Below are positions 42,697 through 52,933 of a DNA stretch of 64,000 nt, piece after piece. A model generated the notes under the pieces. The model searched no databases. It was not told the DNA's origin and was given only the letters and a program-made list of their open reading frames with translations. Source of the stretch: a virus. Lineage: Duplodnaviria > Caudoviricetes. The translations under genes and the position numbers were made by a program. The stretch is from positions 7,932-71,931 of IMG/VR virus record IMGVR_UViG_3300031994_000081; one strand, written 5' to 3'. The first letter of the stretch is position 1, and each line of letters opens with the position of its first letter.

Positions 42697-43377
42697 TTAG
42701 AGGTCACCAAGCAGAGTGGACAGCTCATCCTTGCTGTACTTGGGAGCATTGCCACTGACAGGGGTAGCAGCCTCAGCAGGGGCTTCACCATCAAAGATGT
42801 CTTCGACATCTTCCTCAGACAGAGCATCATTCTCAACCAGCTTGTCGCAAAGCTTCTTGATGAGAGCCTTGCAGCAGCATTCACCATGATTCTCCTCTTT
42901 CTTCTCAGTCTTAGGAGTGGCAGGCTTATTCTCCTTAGCAGGAGCAGCCTTTTCAGCAGGCTTACTGGCACCCTTATGATTCTGCACAAAGGCAATCAAA
43001 TCAGCAGTGGAACACTGAGTGAAGTTCTTACCGAACTTAGCCTTGATAGCATCACCAAGACCTAACCTCTTGACTTCGGCATAAGCCTCTTGTCTGTCCA
43101 TACCAGACCTAACTTGCTTGTTGGTCTTAGTCAGACGGAACACCAAGTCATTGGTGATACCACCCTTGTAAGGAACATCGTGAGGCAGCACAGAGCTGTC
43201 ATCCTTGAACTCAGTTCTGGTCAGGGCTTCCTGAATGGTCTTACCATCCACATTGAAACCATTCTGACGCAGGTCTCTCTTGAGTTCAGCAACAGTAGTT
43301 GCATTGGATTGGATTTCTTTGGTCTTCTGAGACTCAGTATCCACAATAGTGAAGGTATTCATGTTGTTACTAGCCAT
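42697..43377 (-). CDS. Putative ubiquitin-like (beta-grasp) precursor with a C-terminal extension
   Basis: An N-terminal ~90-aa domain (FTIVDT..KEIQSNATTVAELKRDL...LVFRLT) ending KQVRSG, followed by a helical/low-complexity tail. It is the first gene of the E2-JAB-E1 cluster. Confidence 0.6.
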   Translation of the reverse strand: MASNNMNTFTIVDTESQKTKEIQSNATTVAELKRDLRQNGFNVDGKTIQEALTRTEFKDDSSVLPHDVPYKGGITNDLVFRLTKTNKQVRSGMDRQEAYAEVKRLGLGDAIKAKFGKNFTQCSTADLIAFVQNHKGASKPAEKAAPAKENKPATPKTEKKEENHGECCCKALIKKLCDKLVENDALSEEDVEDIFDGEAPAEAATPVSGNAPKYSKDELSTLLGDL

Positions 43378-43423
43378 TGTTATTTGATTTTAATGTTAAA
43401 CCGTTTCATTTTTTTTTTTTTGT

Positions 43424-44449
43424 TCAGAAAGGACATTCATCATCTGTTGAAGTGATGGGTTTAGGGTTAAACAGGTTCCTTATGGTAGATATAAAGGCAT
43501 CTTTGCCTTTGCATTTCATCAAGTCACTTACATCTTTGCCCCCTTCAAAATATGGCAAAGTGAGGCTGATGAAACCAGTTGCAGCAGATAGTTTCCTGCT
43601 GTCCTCAATACCAGCTTTGTCATTATCAAAAAGAATATACACTTGTTTGTATCTCCTCTTTAACTCTGACACAGCTGTTTCACTCATACCATAACCCTCA
43701 CCTTGTAAGGCAAGAGCTGGAATACCTGTATTAGCCCAAAAACATAGAGCATCCTTCAAGGAAGAGCAGATGACTACTTTATCTCCTGTTTCTGGAATTT
43801 TTGTCCACAGACTAACTACACTTCTATCATGTTTGTTAGCCCATTTGTACCCCTCTTTATTAAGGGGTTGATAAATTTTGAGGGTTACTTTGCCCTCTTT
43901 GTGTTCCACAAAAGCATAGGCCAGCTTGTCTGCACCAAAGGTGTGTTTGACACCATTCTTGGTAACAATCTTGTGTGATATAGGATAGACCTCTGCATAC
44001 TTCAACCACTCCAAAGGAACACCATAGGAAGACCAATAATCTATATCATATTGTCTCCACTCTCTTACTTTGACATCAACTTGGACATCTTTATGAGACA
44101 TGATTTCCTGCACACTTCTAGGTGCTGAGAGCAATGCTATACTTGCTTCACCACTGGGTGTAAGCAGTTCTTTTTGAATACGGCTGAGAACTTCACTATA
44201 AGAACAATGCCACATCTGAGAAAGAAGGTCATAGATACCCCCTTTCTCTTTTGTAGCTAGGTCTGTATAGTAAATTCTCTTGCCATCAATAGAGTAAAGT
44301 CCAAAAGAAGGTCTCTTGTCCTGTCTTAAAGGACTTTGAATAAAGCATGGCAATTCACTGACACCTAGATAGTGCCAAACCAATGCTGCATCAGAGATTT
44401 GTTCTTGGACTTCTCTGAAAGATACAGAGTTTTTTCCTTTGCTGACCAT
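43424..44449 (-). CDS. DNA primase (TOPRIM)
   Basis: SPLRQDKRPSF, ICSSLKDA, LFDNDKAG, KDVSD. Confidence 0.8.
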   Translation of the reverse strand: MVSKGKNSVSFREVQEQISDAALVWHYLGVSELPCFIQSPLRQDKRPSFGLYSIDGKRIYYTDLATKEKGGIYDLLSQMWHCSYSEVLSRIQKELLTPSGEASIALLSAPRSVQEIMSHKDVQVDVKVREWRQYDIDYWSSYGVPLEWLKYAEVYPISHKIVTKNGVKHTFGADKLAYAFVEHKEGKVTLKIYQPLNKEGYKWANKHDRSVVSLWTKIPETGDKVVICSSLKDALCFWANTGIPALALQGEGYGMSETAVSELKRRYKQVYILFDNDKAGIEDSRKLSAATGFISLTLPYFEGGKDVSDLMKCKGKDAFISTIRNLFNPKPITSTDDECPF

Positions 44450-44467
44450 TATGTTATGTGTTTAGAA

Positions 44468-45427
44468 TTAGTGCTGACCCCAAGGAGTCTGACCACCACT
44501 GAACATACCTTCATTCTCAGACATTACAGGTATCTGACCTGGCATAGCAGTGCCAGCAGGCTGCTCAAAGTTGGTGGCAGTGACTGCATACTCATGGAAC
44601 TCACCACATTCAAACTCAGTGGTGGTAAGACCACCATTGGCTTTGGTAGAGGCAATCTCCCTGTCGAGTTTGCTATAGTCATTGATGTTGTTCTTGAGGA
44701 ACATTCTGGTGTAAGCAGCCTGATACTGTTTGTTGTCATCAGTGGTTCTCACACCAAAGGCAATCTTGACCTTGTTGTTAGGCTGATAGCCAAAGATTTC
44801 CCTCAGCTCAGTGAAGTCACCCTTGAAGTAATCCTCAATATGCTCAGGCATAACCTCAGCATCCTTTGGATTGTCAATGAGACCAACAACCTTGCCATTC
44901 TCCCACTTCTCAACAGTGGAGATATTCAGATAAGCCCTGATGAGCTTGGTCAGCTCTTCAAGACCATCATAGGCAGGAACATATTCCTTGCTGATATTAG
45001 CCTGCATAGTGCCACCATCCTTGGTCTGATAGATAGGAATGACCTTCTTCTCAATGTCCTCTTTGGTAGCCCAAGCAGTTCTGCCATAGTTATCAATGAT
45101 TTGATACTTGCCAGTCTTGCTGCCATATTTGTACTGCTTCCTGAGGAACAGAGACACATGGATGAGAGTATCAATGGGCTGATTCTGAGAATCAAGATAC
45201 TTCTCAGGGTCTGGTTTGCACACAAAGTCAAGTCTGACCTGTGGAACTTGATTGCCATTAACCTCAATGGAACCGAGATACTCTGGCTCTTTGTCCAAAG
45301 TCCTGCCAGTGAGCTGCTCAAGTTCAGCTTTCGTGGGGTTCACTGCAACTATATAGGAGCTAGCAACTCCAATATACAGTTTGCGGGGGGCACCCTCAGT
45401 ACTCACTTGACCTCTACTGACTGCCAT
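44468..45427 (-). CDS. Conserved replication-module protein, possibly an ssDNA-binding protein
   Basis: Lies between the primase and the recombinase and has an acidic/aromatic tail (GQTPWGQH). The function is inferred from context. Confidence 0.4.
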   Translation of the reverse strand: MAVSRGQVSTEGAPRKLYIGVASSYIVAVNPTKAELEQLTGRTLDKEPEYLGSIEVNGNQVPQVRLDFVCKPDPEKYLDSQNQPIDTLIHVSLFLRKQYKYGSKTGKYQIIDNYGRTAWATKEDIEKKVIPIYQTKDGGTMQANISKEYVPAYDGLEELTKLIRAYLNISTVEKWENGKVVGLIDNPKDAEVMPEHIEDYFKGDFTELREIFGYQPNNKVKIAFGVRTTDDNKQYQAAYTRMFLKNNINDYSKLDREIASTKANGGLTTTEFECGEFHEYAVTATNFEQPAGTAMPGQIPVMSENEGMFSGGQTPWGQH

Positions 45428-45801
45428 TATTCAACGGGTTTTTCAGGTTCTTGAGTAGTTTCTTCAGCTGCTTCACCAGCTGGCTGCTCCTGCGGAGGAA
45501 CAATAGTCTCAGGGAAATTGAGTTCCCACTTGGTCACTTTGACTGGCTTGCCGTCTTTGTCTACCTTGCCAGTATCAACGACTTTCCTAGTGATAAGTTG
45601 CTCAACACCATAGCCACACTCTTGCCTGATGTGACCATCAAGGGACTCAATCTGTGCATCCAGAGTAGCAACTCTGTTCTGCTTTTCCTCAATCTCGGCG
45701 AGGAGTTTGACTTTCTCCCTCACCATAGGGCTGACCATTTGGGCAGTCCTCTTCAGATTTGCGACAAAGAATTTGTCGAACTTTTTCTCGGTATTACTCA
45801 T
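45427..45801 (-). CDS. Hypothetical coiled-coil protein
   Basis: Likely start MSNTEKK; coupled to the next gene. Confidence 0.55.
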   Translation of the reverse strand: MSNTEKKFDKFFVANLKRTAQMVSPMVREKVKLLAEIEEKQNRVATLDAQIESLDGHIRQECGYGVEQLITRKVVDTGKVDKDGKPVKVTKWELNFPETIVPPQEQPAGEAAEETTQEPEKPVE

Positions 45802-45870
45802 AATGTTAATTGATTTTGTGGGGTTAATCCCCATAACGGTTATTGTTTACTTTTATTTTAAGCGGTTTGC

Positions 45871-46692
45871 TTAGTTCTGCTTAGGCACAAAAATCTGTGA
45901 CATATCAACCTTGATGTTATTGTTGTCATCGGAAGTAGCCACAACAAATTTCTTGCCTCTCAGGTGTAAAGGTCTAGCCTCTCTGATGGTGTTGTCTCCA
46001 CCCTCAAAGGAAATAATAGTATCTTTGCCAGACCTATAGATATATCCTATTGCATCTGCCTCACCACAAATTATATCACCCAATTTACCTGCAAGGTCCA
46101 CACTCATTTCACTCATTTCTTCACCATTCTTCTGTATCTGCTTGTCCTTCACATGGGCAACCAAGATAAGGGTTTCACAGAATGGTTTGAAGAGGTCAAT
46201 AAGTTCCTTGACAGCCTTCCTCAGATACAGATAGCCAGCACCGTTAGGCAGAAGTCTTACATCAGCCTTTGGGTCAGGTATTGGCTTGCCATTCTTGTCT
46301 TTGGCATTCATCAGAGGATTCTTTGGGTCTTTCAGCATACCCCAGTTTGCACCAACAGGAGTTGTAGTCCTATAAAGGTGTGCAGCATAGGGCAGTGCCA
46401 TTTCTTCCAGTCTAGTAGCATTATCAATAGTGATAAACCTATAAGGATATTTGTTATCCTTCATTGCCTTTTCATACAAAGCCTGCTTTATTTCAAACAG
46501 AGCATTTGCATTGAATGCAGGAACAGACATGACTGATAAAGCTCTATAGCCATCCTCCAAGTCAATGATGAGATTATCATCAAGGGAAGCCATTAAAGTG
46601 GATTTGCCACTTTTAGGCTTGCCAAACAAGACAAGCAGTCTTGGATTATACTGTTGAGCTTCACGTCTTTGTGTAGGAAGTTCTATCGGCAT
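45871..46692 (-). CDS. AAA_24/Sak4-like recombinase ATPase
   Basis: FGKPKSGKST, IIDLEDG, ITIDNAT, LILVAHVK, ADAIGYIYR. Confidence 0.8.
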   Translation of the reverse strand: MPIELPTQRREAQQYNPRLLVLFGKPKSGKSTLMASLDDNLIIDLEDGYRALSVMSVPAFNANALFEIKQALYEKAMKDNKYPYRFITIDNATRLEEMALPYAAHLYRTTTPVGANWGMLKDPKNPLMNAKDKNGKPIPDPKADVRLLPNGAGYLYLRKAVKELIDLFKPFCETLILVAHVKDKQIQKNGEEMSEMSVDLAGKLGDIICGEADAIGYIYRSGKDTIISFEGGDNTIREARPLHLRGKKFVVATSDDNNNIKVDMSQIFVPKQN

Positions 46693-46700
46693 ATTAATAA

Positions 46701-49412
46701 TTAACGTAAAGAATGTACATACTGATACACAGAGTTCATTTCTCCTGTCTGGCTGGGTCTAGGTAATTCTGACCAAGTACAAGTAGCTCCATCGAAGAAC
46801 AGACCTATGATTCCACCAAGTTCACCCAATTTGTTATCCTAGAGGCTCTTTATCCTCTAGTTCATCATATTACTATGATGTTCAGACTATATCTTCACTC
46901 ATATAGAGTGCTGGGATTTCGTGTCAAGATTATATTCTATTATAAATAATAGTTTCACTTGTTAGTCGTTTAGCCTTCTATAACCATTTAAATTATAGCT
47001 TGGCAAAGGATTGTCCTAATAATAGGAGTTCCCCTTTTTAACCCAGTTAAGAGACAGTTTTTAACTTATATTTTAAAGAATCAATTATATAAGGAGAAAC
47101 TAGGCTATTAAATTTATTAATATCTTGTTTAAGAAGCCTTATTCTATAATTAGGAGAATGTTTTATTATTGTAAATGTCAAACCTAACTTTTCCTTAATA
47201 TAATTTACAAGAATTTCTATACTTTTCAATGAGAATGAATCAGTACAAATATAATAAGAATCTTGGTGATAATAACCATCATCCATGTAAAGGAATGCTA
47301 AAGATTTAATAGTAAAATGTTCTAAGAACTCTTTAACAATTTCCTTTTTACCTGTACTGTACAGCATTGTAAAATAAGGAAATAGAGTAGGATTTGCTTT
47401 AGTTTTTATACAATAAGTTGTATATAATTTATTTGTTCTCTTATCATATCTTTTATACTCCTTAAGAGAAGCTCCTAAATTAATAAACTTATCATATAAT
47501 AACTCTGCATATTCTTTTTGTCCTATTCCGTGGTCACATTTAAATATAGGAGATTTCCAATTATATTTTGGATAATACTGAATACTGCCATCTCCTAACA
47601 ATGTACCACATAATATTTCCTTATTTTCTTGAGTTAGCTCTATAGGTTTATTTGTAGATTTTTCTCTACTATAATGTGGAGAGAGATTCAAATTTCTTCT
47701 CCATCTAAATATAGTAGAATTTGATATTCCCATAATTCTAGCTATCTCATAATCATTCATTCCTTTATTGTAATACAATAAAAATTCTTCTTTTCTTTCC
47801 TCTGAAATTTTAATTGGCATAATGTGTATTTTTTTTTTTTGCAAAGATACACACAATTTATTAAAAATTCAAGAGTGTAAGTAATTCCATTAAAAATAAT
47901 AAGTAATTTGGTTTATCTCTGTTGATAAGCACTTCAAGGGTTCTAAAGTGGTCTTTCAACCTCTTTATGTCATACCCTACTCCATGCTCATCAGGAAGAT
48001 ATGTATCCAAGCCAAACTTGAAAGGACTGAATATACCAAGAGCAATATTACAGTCTCTTCCTGGGTACTTGCTATCACCCAAGCCTGCTATGCTAGGTCT
48101 AGTCCTATTCAACTTGACATTCTCAATATTCTCATTCTCCACACTTTGTTGTTGAATGACAATAGGAGACATACCATAGTTGTTTCTCAAGTATTTAGCT
48201 AGATACTCACTCAGTTTGTCAATGGTCTGTTTCTTCGTATAACCTCTTTCAGAGTCCACCAAGTTGATGGTATCAATCAAGGGCATCACATACTCATTAG
48301 GATTGTTTGGCTCATAAAAGTCAAATGCTTGGGTATCTTGTAGTACACCCATTTCATCCCTATACTTGGCTGGCTTGGTATGCACCTTGCCATTGTCCTC
48401 AGCATATTGCTTGCAGAACTTATAAATGCCAGTGGGATTTGCTTCTGTTGAGAATATGATATGCTCCTCAAAATAATCCATTATCTTGGTTAAGTCCTCT
48501 CCCTCCAAGAGATTGAGAACTTCCTCAGGAAGAGGTTTATTATTATTGGAACTTCTTAAATCGGATGGACTAATCCTGTAACCTTTAGCCCTCATCAAGA
48601 GCCAAGAATACATTCTAGTCATAATTCTCTGAGGAGTCTCCTCAAGTGGGAAATAGAGTATCTTCATAGATACTCCTGTTCTCTTCTCATTATAGTAGCA
48701 ATATAGTAATGCCTCAAAGAGAAGATAACTCACAAGCTGACTTTTACCTCCTTTGGTATCCTGCTACACTATGTTACCATAGCCAAATAAAGACAGCATT
48801 TATGCCCAGCATCTCTATTTGTTGTAGTCTGGAACATGTCTTAACCATATTGAAATTCTTGCAAGTAATCTCTGTTTCGTATCCCACTATTACAGTTAAT
48901 CTCCTATCGAGAAAGATAATTTCAACTTAGGTTGCACCTTTATGTTCTCTACACATTTATGAAGGCACTGTAGGCTTTACTACACTTGTTTTAAAACATC
49001 GGCAATCTGATGTTACCTTCAATTTAGCTCGGCGTTGTCCTTACACATTTATTGGTTAGTGACTTTAAATGTAACTTTCGGCTACTTGTATCCACATCTT
49101 CTCTGATGCAATTACTTTCGATTCAACAGTCTTTTTCAACTATGGCTTTGTTGAGCTTTCACAATCACTGGTAGATGGCTCTATTTGTTACATTAAAAGG
49201 ATTTTCACCGAATTAGGGTGCTTCTACTATGGAATTTCTCGCCATAGCACTCAAATATTTTAAGATGTAAAGAGATAATAAGTTGCTTGTTCCCAACCAA
49301 GGAAATCATTAGAGAATCTAGCAAAAGGTGATGGTATGGTATTGATACCACCATCAAGTAGTCTTTGCCTCCTAGCCCTCAGTGTCTGAATGGTATCTTT
49401 CCTCAGGCTCAT
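46701..49412 (-). CDS. dnaB: DnaB-like replicative helicase with two group I introns (exons 49412-49262, 48759-47915 and 46826-46701; 373 aa)
   Basis: The joined frame is continuous. Walker A is FTS-Y-TKGGKSQ across intron 1; also YFPLEE, LIDTINL, VIQQQ, GLGDS, and INRD|GELGG across intron 2. Confidence 0.88.
47047..47820 (-). CDS. Intron-encoded LAGLIDADG endonuclease with an N-terminal HTH
   Basis: ILCGTLLGDGS and LAFLYMDDG. The start is 47820 (MPIKIS), downstream of a promoter. Confidence 0.88.
   Translation of the reverse strand: MPIKISEERKEEFLLYYNKGMNDYEIARIMGISNSTIFRWRRNLNLSPHYSREKSTNKPIELTQENKEILCGTLLGDGSIQYYPKYNWKSPIFKCDHGIGQKEYAELLYDKFINLGASLKEYKRYDKRTNKLYTTYCIKTKANPTLFPYFTMLYSTGKKEIVKEFLEHFTIKSLAFLYMDDGYYHQDSYYICTDSFSLKSIEILVNYIKEKLGLTFTIIKHSPNYRIRLLKQDINKFNSLVSPYIIDSLKYKLKTVS
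47842..47872 (-). promoter_or_regulatory. Intron-internal Bacteroidota promoter
   Basis: TATCTTTG with TTG 20 nt upstream. Confidence 0.7.
48760..49261 (-). mobile_element. ORF-less group I intron 1 of dnaB (502 nt)
   Basis: The exon ends CUU and the intron ends G; removal restores Walker A. Core elements: CTAATTCGGTGAAAATCC, GACAACGCCGAG, GTGTAGAGAAC, AAGACATGTTCC. Homologous to the tRNA-Leu intron. Confidence 0.85.
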
Positions 49413-50008
49413 CTCACACTATCCATCCAGTTTAGATTGGGTTCAGAACTCTCTTTGTTTTCAAGATAGCTCAGGAACTGAGAGTTTTCCTCACCTGTTA
49501 CAAGATTCTTCTTCATAAGGAAATACTTGAGAAGCTGCATATATCTATAATCTCCATTAAAGGAGCTGACATATCTCTGAGTGGCTTCCACAGCTTCCTC
49601 ATCTGTAAAAGAGACACCATACTTCTTGACAATGGCTTTAAGCCTCTTGGCTATCAAAGCTTTGCTGTCTCTCCACATATAGTTGGTTCCTTCCTTTCTG
49701 CCCTTTGGGAACAGTTCAATCAACTTCTCTGCAAGATTGGTATATCTAGCATCGTCATTGCCTTTGTCAGTGAACTCACTATTAAGAAGAATACTTTCAA
49801 CAAGCTCCACTCCAGTAGGAGTTAATTTGGGATTGATGGGCTGCTTCATCAAGTCAAACCCATCATACTCAATAAACCCTCTAGAGCATACATCTTGAAA
49901 AGTATCAGGGGTAATCATCTTACCCAGATAAAGAGATAATGAAAATAAGAGGGTATCTATTGGGATGTTTTCTTTCTTGCATTCCTCAGGGTTAATGCAA
50001 TACTTCAT
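49409..50008 (-). CDS. Hypothetical protein, possibly a replication initiator or helicase loader
   Basis: ATGA-coupled to dnaB. The function is inferred from context only. Confidence 0.45.
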   Translation of the reverse strand: MKYCINPEECKKENIPIDTLLFSLSLYLGKMITPDTFQDVCSRGFIEYDGFDLMKQPINPKLTPTGVELVESILLNSEFTDKGNDDARYTNLAEKLIELFPKGRKEGTNYMWRDSKALIAKRLKAIVKKYGVSFTDEEAVEATQRYVSSFNGDYRYMQLLKYFLMKKNLVTGEENSQFLSYLENKESSEPNLNWMDSVR

Positions 50009-50011
50009 CCT

Positions 50012-50482
50012 TTAGACACCTTTGATTATCCTCTTCTCTTTCTCAAATCGTGCTTTGAAGGTCTCGGCACTTCTATTCAATTCCTCTTCAAGACCCTCCT
50101 TGATAGCAAGGATGATATGTCTGCTGACAACACAGGCTCTAGCCATAGCTCTGGCTCTAGCCACTCTGTCACCAAGAGACTGGTCAGGCTCATCACCCTC
50201 ATGTCTGATAGTCTTACCAGACACACCAAGGATGAAAGCAGGATTCTCTTTTCGGAGGTTGAACTCAATGCTGACATCAGGGAAAAGTTTCTTCAGCTTC
50301 TCCACTTTCTGCAATGCTCTTTCAGTGACAGAAGCATCAGTGATAGCACGCCAAGGGAGAGCATACTTTCCCTTCATAATAGTGGTGTCCTCAACCTTGC
50401 CAGTCTCTTTGTTGGTGGCATTATAGTGAATGAATTGAGGCTCAGTCACTTTCACAAGGAATTTTCTTCTCTTCTTGCTCAT
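50012..50482 (-). CDS. Hypothetical protein
   Basis: Coupled ORF. Confidence 0.55.
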   Translation of the reverse strand: MSKKRRKFLVKVTEPQFIHYNATNKETGKVEDTTIMKGKYALPWRAITDASVTERALQKVEKLKKLFPDVSIEFNLRKENPAFILGVSGKTIRHEGDEPDQSLGDRVARARAMARACVVSRHIILAIKEGLEEELNRSAETFKARFEKEKRIIKGV

Positions 50483-51675
50483 AATGTTAATTCATTTAAG
50501 TTTGTTATAGTTGTTACCAACTCTGGGTTATAATCTTCCAGCATCTTGCCTACTATCTCCTCCTCCCTAGTATTCTTGAAGTAAGGGATAATAAGCACAG
50601 GGTCAGAATGTCTCAGCAACCTACCAAGTTTCTGAGTAATCATTCTTTCAGAACTGTTAAGTACAGCATAGACTCCAACTCTACAATTAGTGAGATTGAC
50701 ACCTTCATCCAGCATATTGCAAGCTGTGATATGGTTTATTCTCTCCCTATTGAACATATCCAAGTGTTCCTTGGACTTCTTGGTGTCTTTGCTGTTGATA
50801 CAGCAAGTCCCAAGCTCTTCAGTTTGGGCTATGCTGTTGCAGAATGTCAGTGTTCTCTGGTTCTGAAGGACTCTAATAAGGAGAGACTGCACAAAGGCTG
50901 TCTTTTGGTCACTGAGCCACTTCAATCTTTTACCACTTTCTTGTAGGAATTTATTCTTGAATACCTCCATGAACATCTTCTTCTTATACCAAGCAATCTT
51001 GGAAGATATATCATCATAATACTGCTGTTGAGTACACTGAATGATTATCTTTCTGTTCTTGACCTTGGAATAATTGAATCTCTGATGATAGGGTATTCTC
51101 AATTCAACCTTCTGAGTTTTGTTCTTCACAATCTCACAGGTTGGCATCCTGTTATCAAGCTGTAATGGTATGAGATACACTCTAGGGTCAGGCAGAATCT
51201 CTTCTTGTATTGCAGTCCTTGCTGTCACATGAAACACCTGTAAGTCTGCAAACAAACCCTTCAATTCATACCTCATGTTTCTACCTACTGTGGCAGATAG
51301 CAATAAGGTATAAGATGACATGAAATCCTCAAAGGCATCTCTGCACCTCTCTGAGAAATGATGAGCCTCATCAAAGATAATCATATCATAGATACCTACT
51401 TTCTTTGGGAAAGACACATAGGTAACAAATTGTACATAAGGAAGGTAGTTCATTCTTCCCCACTTGACAAATTCACTTTCCCAATTTGATATAAGAACTA
51501 GTCTAGGGACTACAATAAGAATACTGAGATTCTCATGTGCATCTATCAAATGTTTCAACTTGCTATCCATATAGTCCAAGGCTATCTTGGATTTACCTAC
51601 ACCAGTAGGGAGTTCACAAAGTATTGAGTGACTTGTGGCACTGAGAACTTGGTCTCTTAATTCATCCCTGTTCAT
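50479..51675 (-). CDS. Superfamily 2 helicase
   Basis: PTGVGKS, FDEAHH, LSAT, LDEGVNL, QKLGRLLR. Confidence 0.88.
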   Translation of the reverse strand: MNRDELRDQVLSATSHSILCELPTGVGKSKIALDYMDSKLKHLIDAHENLSILIVVPRLVLISNWESEFVKWGRMNYLPYVQFVTYVSFPKKVGIYDMIIFDEAHHFSERCRDAFEDFMSSYTLLLSATVGRNMRYELKGLFADLQVFHVTARTAIQEEILPDPRVYLIPLQLDNRMPTCEIVKNKTQKVELRIPYHQRFNYSKVKNRKIIIQCTQQQYYDDISSKIAWYKKKMFMEVFKNKFLQESGKRLKWLSDQKTAFVQSLLIRVLQNQRTLTFCNSIAQTEELGTCCINSKDTKKSKEHLDMFNRERINHITACNMLDEGVNLTNCRVGVYAVLNSSERMITQKLGRLLRHSDPVLIIPYFKNTREEEIVGKMLEDYNPELVTTITNLNELTL

Positions 51676-52283
51676 TGTAATTTCTTGATATAGTCTGGGT
51701 CTTTTGCATAGACTTCCATAGCCTTGAGATAGTCCTTCCTGCTGGGTTTTTCATTCTTGAAGGTAAACATATCCCAAAGTAGTCTATCTAATGCAGAAAG
51801 ACACCAGTTGTTATAAGTACCATAGCCTTTATTTTCTCCATTCTGAGTAGTCTGCCTTTTATAGACTCTCCTCATTCCGTAGAGATTATTGTTGGTTTTA
51901 TATACGGCACTAGTATAATTACCACTTTCTATTTTGGCTTGTTTAAGCAGAATGTCAGGATACCAAGCACCATTCTCTTTGAGGAAATCATACAATATGG
52001 TATCATTGACTTCATCAGGATTGTTGATGAACCAATATCCTATACTGTATTCCAAAGAGAGCATTGCTTCTTCCTTGACTATTTGAGCCTTGTACTGCTT
52101 GTTCTCATTTATGGAGTCATTCAAGGCACCAATCACGATGCCCAGTGCCACTATAAGCAGCACTACAAGGATTCCAAGAGAAATGAAGAACTTGTTGGCT
52201 TTGTGCAGTTCATTCTGCAAATGACCTGTAATACTGTCTGCGTGGTCATTGAGGTTTTCATCATATCTGTTGTTGTTTTTCAT
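51672..52283 (-). CDS. Membrane-anchored glucosaminidase-like (GH73) muralytic enzyme
   Basis: TM helix, QAKIESG, NNLYGMR, YAKDPDYIKKL. Confidence 0.7.
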   Translation of the reverse strand: MKNNNRYDENLNDHADSITGHLQNELHKANKFFISLGILVVLLIVALGIVIGALNDSINENKQYKAQIVKEEAMLSLEYSIGYWFINNPDEVNDTILYDFLKENGAWYPDILLKQAKIESGNYTSAVYKTNNNLYGMRRVYKRQTTQNGENKGYGTYNNWCLSALDRLLWDMFTFKNEKPSRKDYLKAMEVYAKDPDYIKKLQ

Positions 52284-52899
52284 TGTCTAATGATTTTGGG
52301 ATGTACAGAACTGTGGGGTTGTTCTTATGTACATCAATTTTTGGATAAATTTCTCTGAATTGTCTTAGGTCAAATGGTGTAGTGATAAGATGTTTCCCAT
52401 TCTTGGTAGGAATACAGGAGACATATTTCACTTTGTCAAGGGGTTGGCATTCCCTATCAATGAAAGCAGCCATCTGAGCAATACCCCTGTCTCTGAAATC
52501 ATCAGAGTAGTCACAGTCAATTACCCAGTACTTTTTAATAGCTCCAACCTGACCAGCTGCGGTATTCCAAATCCTATTGAGATATTGGAAGTTGTTCTGC
52601 CTGAAACAATCAGCAAGACTGTTAAGCATTTGTACAGCAGTAGCCCTTTTGGACTTAGGAGACACATTGATATATGCTCTGGCTTTAAACCTCTCACATA
52701 GATTAATAATGTCATCCTTAAACTTAGAGATAGGATGATGCTCATCAATTTGATAAGCCTTCAAACATACAGAGTTAGCACCTTCTCCAGTGTCTTTGCT
52801 TCTCTTGATAATCTGCAAATGGAAATAGTAGTCCTCTACCTCAATTCCAACTGCAAACTCAGAGATTAACTTTTCAATTAAATCAAAATTGTCAGTCAT
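52261..52899 (-). CDS. Conserved phage protein with AEP-like motifs
   Basis: WVIDCD and PTKNGKHLIT resemble primase-polymerase motifs I and II. Confidence 0.4.
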   Translation of the reverse strand: MTDNFDLIEKLISEFAVGIEVEDYYFHLQIIKRSKDTGEGANSVCLKAYQIDEHHPISKFKDDIINLCERFKARAYINVSPKSKRATAVQMLNSLADCFRQNNFQYLNRIWNTAAGQVGAIKKYWVIDCDYSDDFRDRGIAQMAAFIDRECQPLDKVKYVSCIPTKNGKHLITTPFDLRQFREIYPKIDVHKNNPTVLYIPKSLDNEKQQQI

Positions 52900-52933
52900 A
52901 ACTTTTGTTCATTGCACCTTTATTCTAACCATA

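Larger units (their letters stand above)
46827..47914 (-). mobile_element. Group I intron 2 of dnaB (1088 nt)
   Basis: The exon ends GAU and the intron ends G. The P1 guide GTCTCT pairs with AGAGAT. Core elements GCTAAACGACTAAC and GAAGATATAGTCTG; the 3' end resembles those of the polA and JAB introns. Confidence 0.88.
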
